In this document: positions 52,938-64,000 of the stretch, in pieces
Position numbering within the stretch: position 1 is the first letter of the stretch
Layout: every line of letters begins with the position of its first letter
Origin: Eledone cirrhosa
Taxonomy: Eukaryota
DNA: 64,000 bases
Direction of reading: 5' to 3'
Assembly (NCBI GenBank): GCA_964016885.1
Contig: OZ024745.1
Span: 110,422,001-110,486,000, forward strand
The notes under the pieces: model-generated
What the model saw: the letters and a program-made list of their open reading frames with translations, nothing else
The model's database searches: none
What the model was told of the DNA's origin: nothing
Position numbers and translations under genes: made by a program

Positions 52938-53790
52938 TGCAAGGCAGTGTACTAAAGAGGAGATCTTGTCAGGAAGAAATATGTATGAAATAACAGTGGC
53001 ACACTTTCTCTTACCGATGTAGAAAAGAAAGCACCATGGAAGTGGTATTATGAGAGGTTGCTGAATGAGGAAAATACATGAGAGAATGAGGGCCTACCAC
53101 TCGTAGACCCAACTGAGGGAGCAGCTATCAAAGATAACAGTAGTGATGTAGATTAAGGAATTAAGAATATGGTGATTAAACTATCTGGCAAAATAGGGAA
53201 CAAGTTTTTCACTAGCATAGTTTATCAGGTAGTAGAGGAAGATACCATACCTAAAAATGTAGTGACATCAGTGTCAACTGCTATAAGGGCAAAGGTGATG
53301 TACTAGAGAGAAGCAAGTTGTTGGAGCAGGTTATGGAAGTCACAGAAATATATAGCAAAACTAATTAGGGACAGAATTAGTTTTGATGAGATGTAGTTCA
53401 GCTTTATGTTATAGAGAAGTACTATTAATGCCACCTTCCTAGAGAGGCAACTACAGAAGTATTTTACATCTAGCTGGAAAATACCTTTGACAAAGTTTCC
53501 TGTTCTGTGATTTAGTGGTCACTAATAAAGCTAAGGTTAGAGGAATTGCTGTTTATAATAGTCCTCCAGACCGTAAAAGAGGAATCTAAAACTGGTTGTC
53601 CAAAATAACTAATAATTGCTGATGATCTCATACTTATAGTAGAATCTATAGAGGAATAAGTGAATAAATTCCAGACTTGGAAGCAAAACCTAGAATCAAA
53701 AGGCCTCAAAGTAAATCTAACAAAGACTAAAAGTTGAGTAAGTAAAAAGGAAAGCAAGACTGCTACCACCAGGGAAATGGCTGTACTCAA
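52938..53790 (+). pseudogene. Degraded RTE-clade LINE RT fragment
   Basis: Remnants VNCYKGKGDVLER, ADDLILIVES and FQTWKQNLESKGLKVNLTKTK with stops and frameshifts. Confidence 0.75.
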
Positions 53791-56044
53791 TATAAAAAAA
53801 ACATAATAGTAGGTATATACTTTATTCAGTGTACCAATATTACTGACATTAATAACAATGATGGTTGAAAGAGGAAAGGAAGAAAAGAAATGAGAGAGGA
53901 TGAGTAACTGACAATGAGCTTGATGATGATGATGATGATGATGATGACGACAATGAAGTTGATGATGGTGGTAGTTGTATTAATATAGATGATGAATATA
54001 ATATGATGATGATGGGGTGTGATGATGAATATAATATGCTGACGATGATCATGATGAGTTGTGATGATGAATATATGATGGTGATGATGATGGGGAGGGG
54101 GTACACGTAAAAGAAAAGTCTCTGATCATGAATATTTCTCCCAACATGAATCTTTATAGACAAAAAGAAAACAAAAAAGAAAGAATTTCAATATGGAAAG
54201 ATAAATGAATATATTAACAACTAAATACATAAACAAACAAATAATATTTTAGTTATTTCTATCTATTTTTCTCTTCTTGTTTTGGGTTTGTATCTAAAAG
54301 GTCTTTAATTAATGCCATGCCAGAAAATGTAATGAAGAGAAAAGCATGCAAGCCAATTACATCTTGCTGTCCTCTGGGAAAATGATATATACTCAGGTAT
54401 TTCTTGCATGGCTCAGCTCAACACGCAAAAACTGTTTCAGTTACAAATACCCGCAAATCAAAGCAGACCAACTACCAGCCACAGTTCAGTGAGGAATATC
54501 TTTAGGAATAGCTCTCAATTAAGTTGGAGACAGTCTGCCACTAATTAAGACTATCCATGCACATATACACACACACACATACACACAAACACGTGCATAT
54601 ATATGTGTGTGTGTGTATGTCTATGTCTATATATATATATATATATGTATGTATATCACATTTGAGCAGTCTTCTTTTTTGCTTTTGTTTGTATCTTTAT
54701 TTGTTTAATAGCAATGTAAGGTGTGGGAGAGGGGTCTGTGATACGACACTCATCGGTAGGAGAGAATTTATGCTTTATAAATAAGATTTATTAGTTGAAA
54801 GTCAATAGACACCAGGGAAGTGATATGATGGATGTTTTAAAGGTATTTAATTTAAAAATAGGTGGATGATTTGTCATAGCGCCAGTACCTAGTGCAGAAT
54901 AATTCTCATTTTCTTCTACCACCACCACCACCACCACTAATATCACATGCACACAAACACACATACATGCATACATACATACATAAAATTGCTCTCACAC
55001 TACACACTCTCATATGTACACATATGCTCACATTCACATGGAACACTCATGCTTTCACACATATAGTCACACACAAGTACACGTGCTCACATGCACAAAC
55101 AAATACATCTACATACTAGATCCTTCATCCTCATAATTTATCCTCTAGTAAAGGTAAAAAAATCCTCACCATTTTCTCTTCTAACAACCGAAAGGTTTGC
55201 TACTGATATAGAAAGAACTAAACCAGATCTGGCTGCAGGTTTTCAAATCAGAAAAAGAAGTGAAGAACTTTTTTGCAATATATCATAACACTTCCTGCTG
55301 CCATATTGTTGGAGCAATGAACAAATTCTTTCATTAAAATTAATTTATGCTGACAAAGATAATTCAAATTGTAGAATTGTGTATAATTTATTGTCTTATT
55401 AAAATGGAAATATGAATATATATATGCTAATATATACATATTTATTGCTCGAATTGAAATCACTTCAAAATCAGACCTTATTACTGAAGCAAGCCAGAGA
55501 ACACAAAGCTTTCTTCTTTTATGATTTTTGCTGTTGTTTTTTTGTATATCATATTGACAGTTTAAAAATTGAGTAATAGGTTAAGGATATGTTTTATGTA
55601 CAACTGCCTGTACGTGAATGTGTATGTAAGTGTATGTATATGCTTAGAGAAAAGTGAATATGTCTGTATGTATGTATGTATGTATGTATGTATGCATATG
55701 TGTATATTGTATAAACTTAACTGTATATGTCCACTATCTTTGCATTTAAGATTTTTGTCAGCAGTGTTCATGTGTCTATCAATTCGTATCTGTGAGAATA
55801 GATATCTATGTATGTAAGTGAATATAATATATACACATATACATATGTAGATACATACATTCATGTTGCTGTAAGCATTTAGATTCACATATAGGCAGTT
55901 GTAAACACACTTATATTCTAAATATTTCTGTATATTTTTAAATATTTCTTTAATGTATGAATACTTATGTATATATTTGTAAATGTTCACATATCTATGT
56001 CCATGCATACTTATGCAAATAAACAATCACATTTGTGTACGAAT

Positions 56045-56069
56045 ATATGTGTGTGTGTGTGTGTGTGTG

Positions 56070-56155
<86 letters not shown>

Positions 56156-56310
56156 TATATATATATATATATGTATATATTATATATATAAATGTATATG
56201 CATATATATATTATATATATATATTATATATATTTTATATATATATATATTATATATATTTTATATATATGTATGCATATATATATTATATATATATATT
56301 ATATATGTTT

Positions 56311-56342
<32 letters not shown>

Positions 56343-57338
56343 TATATATATTTTATATATATATATATATATTATATATATTTTATATATATGTATATAT
56401 ATATTATATATATTTTATATATATGTATATATATATTATATATATTTTATATATATATATATATTATATATATTTTATATATATGTATATATATATTATA
56501 TATATTTTATACATATATGTATATAAATATATATATATATTTTATATATATATGTATATATATATATATATTATATATATTTTATATATATATGTATATA
56601 TATATATATTATATATATTTTATATATATATGTATATATATATATATTATATATATATATTATATATTATATATATATATGTATATATATATTATATATA
56701 TATATTATATATTATATATATATGTATATATACATATATGTATATATATGTATATATATTATATATATGTATATATATTATATATATATATGTATATATA
56801 TGTATATATATTATATATTACATATATATATATGTATATATATGTGTATATATTATATATTACATATATATATGTATATATATTTGTATATATTATATAT
56901 TATATATATATATGTATATATGTGTGTATATATTATATATTATATATTATATATTATATATATATATGTATATATTATATATATATATGTATATATTATA
57001 TATATATATATGTATATATTATATATATATATATATATGTATATATTATATATATATATGTATATATTATATATATATGTATATATTATATATATATGTA
57101 TATATTATATATATATGTATATATTATATATATATGTATATATATAATATATATGTATATATTATATATATATGTATATATATATAATATATATATATAT
57201 TATATATATATTATATATATATATATATATATTATACATATATATTATATATATATATATATATATGTATATAATATATATATATATATATTATATATAT
57301 TATATATATATTATATATATATGTATATATATTATATA

Positions 57339-57384
<46 letters not shown>

Positions 57385-57385
57385 G

Positions 57386-57419
<34 letters not shown>

Positions 57420-57470
57420 AATTATATACATAAATGTGTACATGTATATCTACATACGTACACACACACA

Positions 57471-57502
<32 letters not shown>

Positions 57503-57530
57503 TACACATACATACACCCACACACATATT
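56045..57530. repeat. ~1.5-kb (TA)n-rich array
   Basis: Direct reading. Confidence 0.95.
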
Positions 57531-58709
57531 ACAAATACTTTCTGAAGAATCATAGAATCCTTCTTCCTATGCTTCAACAACCATGCTGAATAATAACTAT
57601 TATACATGAAGATTATTCTTGACATTATTCAAAGTTAAATATTAACCAAAACACAAGTTTTGGAACCAACTTTCAGACTTCTCTTTCTTACATTTCATCA
57701 GTTTATTTTTACTTTTCTTTATCTCCTTTTTATTATTTTTTGATGTTTCCTTCTGTAATCTATAAGTTTTATTTAAGCAAAGTCAAGATTCAATAAGGAA
57801 TAAATTGATAAAGAAATACATATTCATAAGTCCTAACTTCAAAGACAACATAAATACATGTCAATGTCAAAAAAAATCAAGTGAAATGTCAAAATTTATC
57901 TGAATTCTGAGTATCCATTATTTATTTGCATTTTAAAATATCTGAAAAACTGCCCCCTATCGCTCTTGTACATTACACAGAAGAAATAGAAAATATCAAA
58001 ATACAAAGAAAAAAAAGAAAATATTTAAGAAAAACACAAAAATAAAATTACAGCAGTCATTGAAAGCAAAGTGCAAGAGTGGCGATTTTAGTTTAAAAGG
58101 AGAATAAGTTTGTTTCTGTGTGAAAATATATTCAAATCTGACGAACAAATATTGTATAATCAGTGAACAAACAGTGTTTTGTTGTATCATAATAGTTCAA
58201 AAAAGATATTTTTCCTATATCATTTTGATATTCATTCACTCAAGAATTACTTTTATATTTATATTCCAACAAACATTATGCAATTTAATGTCTATTTCCA
58301 TGTGGTTGTCTTTTGTTATAATTCTGCTTATTATTTTTCTATTGTTGTAGTTGTTGTTATAGTTGTCTTAGCTATTTTTGTTGTAGTTTGTTTGTTATTC
58401 ACTTTACATGTCTGTAGATATGTACAAACATCTTCTGTTTGAATCTAGATTAAATAGCTAAAATAGCAAAGTTAAGCCAACAATGAATAAGAATCGGAAT
58501 TTACTCTTTACCTTTCTTAGAGCAGAACAGAATATATCCTAAGTAGAGTAAATATGGAAGATTAACATCCAAAGTTTCTCAGTATTGTGAACTGAATAGA
58601 TAAAAATGCCCATCTTCTAGGAACATAGACAGAACAATGTTAAATAAAAGTAAATGTTTTATATGCAGTCTCTTTAGTTGTTTGATTCAGCACACACTTT
58701 AGCTAGAGT

Positions 58710-59010
58710 CATCATCATTATCACCATTTTACATCTGGGTTTGTTTTTTTTACACCTGCATCAGTTCGACAGGTCCTTTCCAGTCTAGCTTCCCGCCACT
58801 TGTTACGTTACTTTGTTATCTCTTTTCTGAGGTTCATTTTCCTAAAATAACTTCTCCCAAACTTCATCCTAGATCTTCTTTGGTCTTCCTCTACAGTAGC
58901 TCTATTCCTTTCTCTCCAGCCTTTGCATACCCTCTATATTTACAGCCCGGGTCTAACTACCATGCAACATCAGAGTTAACATGCAAGCATCTTACAATCT
59001 ACAGTTCTAA
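58710..59010 (-). mobile_element. 3' fragment of the second RTE family
   Basis: (CAT)n tail plus sequence similar to 30268-30645. Confidence 0.5.
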
Positions 59011-59647
59011 TGTGGGAATTACAAATGTTATATAATCTCTAATGGAACATACTGCAATGGTGAACTTTACACTAAAATAAAATAAGAATTCAGCAGAACA
59101 GTTGAAAGACTGCTCATTTTTTGTGATAAAATACATGCACACGCAGACAAAAATATATATACACACACACATTTCTCTCTCTCTTATATATATTATATAT
59201 ATATGTTTGTGTGTGAGAGAGAGAGAGAATGAAAATTTGCTTTTTTTAAATTGCTACGATTCAGCTGAACTATAAAATAGTCAAATACATCAAGAAATTA
59301 CTCCTGGAAATGGAAAAAGATCAAACCATGCTTCTGTTATATACTAATATACGACAGATACATGGTTCAATTCCACTGGGTAGACCTGTCCACCTTTTTT
59401 TTCAAATCTCCAGGGATAATTTAGCTGACTAATTTGACTATTTTATAGTTTACATAAATTACAGCAGCATCTCAAAAGTAAAAGAAAAGCCAACAGATTC
59501 TCAAATTTTCAAATTGCTCGTTTGTTCAATAGCTTCATAAAGGAATCAATGCTGACCCTCTGTACTACATGCAAATTACTGATCTCATTCTCCCTTACCT
59601 GACACTTAAGAGATTTGATATGAGATAAAGAAAATGATTCAGTTACA

Positions 59648-59965
59648 GATGGTCTGACCCTTTGTCTCTGGGTAAGAGGTAAATATCTCATCTGGGATGT
59701 CTCAATCAGTGACTCTTTTGCTTCTTCCCACATCCTGGATGCTGTGGTAAATGTGAGGGTCACTGCTTCTGTAGCTAAATGGAATAAGATTCTAAAGTAC
59801 TTGGAATTATTGATAAAATGGTCCTTCTAGCCTCTGGTGTTTGAGACGTTTGTTGGAGCTGGGTCACTGACAGTAAAGTTCTTATCATTAGCAGCTGGCT
59901 TTACCGAGATGTCAGGTGATGAGAGCGCTTGATTGTTTCAGTGCCTTAGCCTCGCCCACTCTAAT
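59648..59965 (+). pseudogene. Second CRE-clade RLE domain fragment, degraded
   Basis: DGLTLCLWVRGKYLIWDVSISDSFASSH...KILKY...F*PLVFETFVGAG...LFQCLSLA matches the CRE '(RP)DG.T..PW..G..L.WD.T..DT.A.S' nuclease motif. Confidence 0.75.
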
Positions 59966-60199
59966 GGTTCAAGCATGTTAGCTTGCTTCAAAATGTTCCA
60001 ATGTCCCTTGTGGTGTGTAGCCGATTAATGCACTTAGTGTTGAATTGATGTTTTTTTGTTTGTTTGTTTTTTTGCTTTGATTGCATATTTTTGTGTTATA
60101 TTTATAAGGTTCTATGAATTCTATTTTTACGTGAAACATCATGATTATAATATCTTACTAATGAATTTGTATTATTATTATAAATGTAAACTAAATAAT

Positions 60200-60310
60200 T
60201 GTTTCTACTTTAGGCACAAGGCCAGCAAATACCCAGTGCATTACTGGTACTTTATTTTATCGACCCCATAAGGATGAAAGGCAAAGTCAACCTCAGCAGG
60301 ATTTGAACTC
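60200..60310 (-). mobile_element. 5'-truncated SINE family B with 18-bp TSD
   Basis: AAATGTAAACTAAATAAT at 60182-60199 and 60311-60328 flanks the family B core. Confidence 0.85.
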
Positions 60311-60481
60311 AAATGTAAACTAAATAATGATTACATATAAACTTTAACTTAAATTTTACTCACAAGGTATTGGTCAACTGGAGACTATAATAGAAGCCAC
60401 TTGCCCAAGGTGTCACAGAGTGACTAAATGCAAAACCACATGATTGCAACACAAACTCCTTAGGTACACACAACCAGTCCT

Positions 60482-60828
60482 CATCATTTCATTATCATTT
60501 CATTTTAGGTCCGCTTTTTCCCTGCTTGCAAGGGTGGGACGGAAACTGATGCTGGCTTGATTTCTACAGCTGGATGCCCTTCCTAACACCAACCTCATTT
60601 TACAGTGAGTGCTGGGTGCTTTTTTGCCGTAGCACCTCCACGACCACTTTGCAGTGGAATGATAGGGTCCCCAGTCCCTATCATCTCATTTCTACAGCTG
60701 AGTAAACTGGAGCAATGTGAAATAAAGTGTCTTGCTCAAGGAAACAACACATCACCTGGTCTGAGAATTGAACTCACAACCTTTCGATTGTAAGGCCAAT
60801 GCTCTAACCACTAAGCCATGTGCCTCCA
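60482..60828 (-). mobile_element. Full-length SINE family A
   Basis: Highly similar to 6141-6522 but with one fewer internal module. Confidence 0.85.
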
Positions 60829-61267
60829 TATATTCTATATAAAACATAACATTTTACTATGATAAGCAAAACATCACAAAAACATCCATCCCACACTGTA
60901 AATGTAGAAGGGCACCCAGTCGTAGAAATTCAGCCAAAAATAGTCCTATATGAGCAAGATATGGTCACTTGACCCAACCTGTGTAACCCATGCTAGCGCG
61001 GGAAATGGACGTTAAACGATGATAATAGCAAATAGTTAATTTGTTGTTTTGAATGAATTCCTTACAATAACTTCTAAACCAAACACTACATATAATTCTG
61101 TTACTTTGTATATGCAGTTACTTATTATCATATTTACTTAGAACCAAAGATATTTGCATTCAGTCAAAATTTTGTTATGTGACAATTTTCTCAGCACTAC
61201 ACTCAACAATATTGTTTCTTTACATCAGTATGTTTTCTATAACTTTTGTAATTCCATTATATATTAA

Positions 61268-61483
61268 CCCTTTCATTACTGAATTTCTAATGACATACAT
61301 TATATTTCAATTAATTAGTGAAGAATTTGCAGGGGTTTACAAACATTATCAATTATTCTATTATCAAAATAGTATTTGTAACATAACGTAAAAGAAAGGC
61401 TTTTTATATAAAATTATGTTGGAAGATCTTAACACAAAATAGTTTAAAATGGTCGGTTTTGGGCCATGCTGGTATTAAAAGGG
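61268..61483. mobile_element. piggyBac-type MITE (family P1)
   Basis: TTAA|CCCTTTCATTACTG ... AAAAGGG|TTAA. Confidence 0.75.
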
Positions 61484-61888
61484 TTAAAAGCTCCTTTTAG
61501 TCGTAGTTCACAAGAATATATACTTTATAAAAACAATACTCACTTCTATTTTAAATGTTTGGAAAATAAAGCAAATATTCATGTTTTTTCTCTGATTTAA
61601 ATAGAAGACTTTGATGAAGTTAGATTTCATTTTTAAATCACTTTTCTCTAGTAAATTTCTGATATTTATTTTTCTCTAAATTCCTTACTTTGGATTTGTG
61701 CTCTAAATACCAAGCAGTCCTGCATAATGTAAAAATATAGATAAATCATTCAAGAACTCAATATTAAATATAAATTAGGCACCTTGGCATTTCTTCAAAC
61801 CTGATGAAATAATAATGAAACAAAAAAGAATATATATATATGTGTGTGTGTCTATAAACACCCGTATATGTATACATATTTCCTTTAT

Positions 61889-61931
<43 letters not shown>

Positions 61932-62918
61932 AGTCCTTTAATTTTAAGCAAGTTTGGATATTCATGGCTTCCTGCAGAAAATGTTGGATAAATACCATAT
62001 TATATATGAGGCAATGATAAGATATCAGATGTTTACTGCTACTAAATCATAAAGATTTTCAATTTTTGTCTATTTTAAAAGGGAATGTGAGCAAGGTTCG
62101 TTAAATTACTGATTTATGAAGTACTTCTAAATTTGCTTGAAGACATATTTTTTGTCACTTTTTTATTTATGCAGTATGTTTCATAATTCATGCATTTCTG
62201 ATTAATTAACCAGTAAGAAATAATTATTAGTTATGGTGCAAATTTGCATATTTATTAGAATTTATATTAATTTGGCTCATATCAAAAAGAAACAAGTAAT
62301 TGAAGTCTACAAGAAGAATCATTGCTTAAAAAAATAAATATATAACAAAATAAACCTAAAACAAAACAAAATAATAACTAATAAGAGTTATTTATCTGGA
62401 AAATGTAAAAAGACGAAGAAAATAAATTTTTGAAAGAATAGATATTTTGAAGTAAAAAGAAAGAGTATAATATGAGAGAGAGTGAGAGAGAGTGAGAGAG
62501 AGTGAAAAAGTGACAAATAATAGAAAGAGAGCCCCAAGTTGTTTGAGAAAAGAAGAAAATATTAAGATGAAAAAAAGTGTAAACTATAAATGAGAAATGA
62601 TTGGAAGAGTGAGAAAATGAGTGGAAACGAAATAAATATAGATTGAGAGAAAGTAAAGACAAAGTCGGAGTCAGATACAGAGAAAGAAAGAGTCATAGAT
62701 GCAGGAATCATGACTCAAGCCATAGAGGTGGCTTTATGTAATCATTTGGCTTGCTAGAAATAGAAACCACATATCCCTCAAATCACACCCTACTATCTTT
62801 AAAAAAGAATCACCAGATGTTATCCAGGCTGCCTTGTAAATAGAAAAAAATATAGGATGGTTACAACTAGAATGCCTTTAATCCTAGCTCTACTCAATCA
62901 GGATTTAGTTTGGGTTAA

Positions 62919-63126
62919 GCCTTTAGCATTTACATTACACTATATTTACTATTGTATTTTCACAGTAAACACTTTATCTCACATAATATCGACTCTATGA
63001 GATTTTGATATTATTTATTTTGAGAACAATACCTTGACATCAGTATGAGCAGCAGGTAACCGCTGGTTTGAACAGAAAGAAGTGAGAGAGTTCTGGCCGG
63101 ATATGGCCAGTTTAAATGCTAAGGGG
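62919..63126. mobile_element. piggyBac-type MITE (family P2)
   Basis: TTAA|GCCTTTAGCATTTAC ... TTTAAATGCTAAGGGG|TTAA. Confidence 0.75.
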
Positions 63127-63656
63127 TTAAACAAAAGCATCAATAACCTGCAAGACCCCATGATGTACTCAATCGACCCTTCTGGTTTTGAGAACTAGCT
63201 CAATTTGTATTTCTTTCACTACTCTTCTTCCTCATCTACTAGTCTGACACAATTCAAAATCAACAACATTAACCTCACCCAGGTATCTTAATCCTTCACT
63301 CAATGGAAGAATATGATGTCATGGGCATTGCTCCTTCTTTTCAAACAACAAAAAATGTATGTTCACATGTATTTATCAAATGTAGTTGTATATCATCCCT
63401 CTTGAACACTCAACTCTTGATGGAATCAAAGAAATGCCATCAACACATAGCAAGTCTTATGCATTTAAAACCTAATTGCACCCACTTTTACTTAGGTCTG
63501 ACCATAGCTAATTTCACCTAGAGAGAACAAGAGAAAAGGAGAGATAGAAAAAGAATTAACCTGACCTTACTTTATTAAAACTTAAGTGATGAAAGGTAAA
63601 GCTGATCTCAGTTGTATATATAGAAACACTGGTACAGAAGTACAAGAATATATACA

Positions 63657-63755
63657 CAGGGTGTCCACAAAAAATGTATACACACTTCAAAAGCATTCTA
63701 ATAAATATTGCCTGTACAGGTAATCAAAGTGTGTATACATTTTTGGGACACCCTG
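63657..63755. mobile_element. Tc1/mariner-type MITE
   Basis: ~30-bp TIRs CAGGGTGTCC.CAAAAA.TGTATACACACTT / AAGTGTGTATACATTTTTGGGACACCCTG. Confidence 0.7.
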
Positions 63756-64000
63756 TGGATATATATTATAATCCATGCAATGATTATTTTTCAAGGAGAC
63801 TGTAACTCAAAGAAAGGACATGATACATGTATGTTGAGATTGTGTGTGTGTGTGCCATTGTTAGTACTCTGCTATATTTGACAATACAACTGCTACTACT
63901 CCCTCTGTTAGCAACAAAGTTATTTTTGCTCTGAATAGAGGGTAGATTATATGATGCCAGCAAATGAATTACAATTTTGCATGGTAGTATGACATGGCAT

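Overview
AT-rich, repeat-dominated animal DNA. The SINE families, very long (TA)n/(TATG)n arrays and RTE LINEs suggest a cephalopod such as Octopus (inference). I found no convincing host protein-coding exon, so the window is probably intronic or intergenic, and nearly all long ORFs in the track are microsatellite artefacts. It contains many tRNA-derived SINEs (at least 3 families), TTAA-flanked piggyBac-type MITEs, one hAT MITE and one Tc1/mariner MITE. It also holds decayed RTE, Vingi/Ingi and CRE retrotransposon fragments and one uninterrupted 426-codon RTE reverse-transcriptase ORF inside a (TA)n array. The most notable signal is four different minimal hammerhead-ribozyme motifs (145-187 -, 44806-44850 +, 46199-46241 -, 52735-52813 -). 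Each lies in a short non-coding element bounded by microsatellites, and one is in a 423-bp tandem unit, consistent with Penelope-like pLTRs or retrozymes. The window also shows repeated fold-back inversions and short locally templated insertions. Repeat boundaries were read by eye and are approximate unless exact motifs are quoted.
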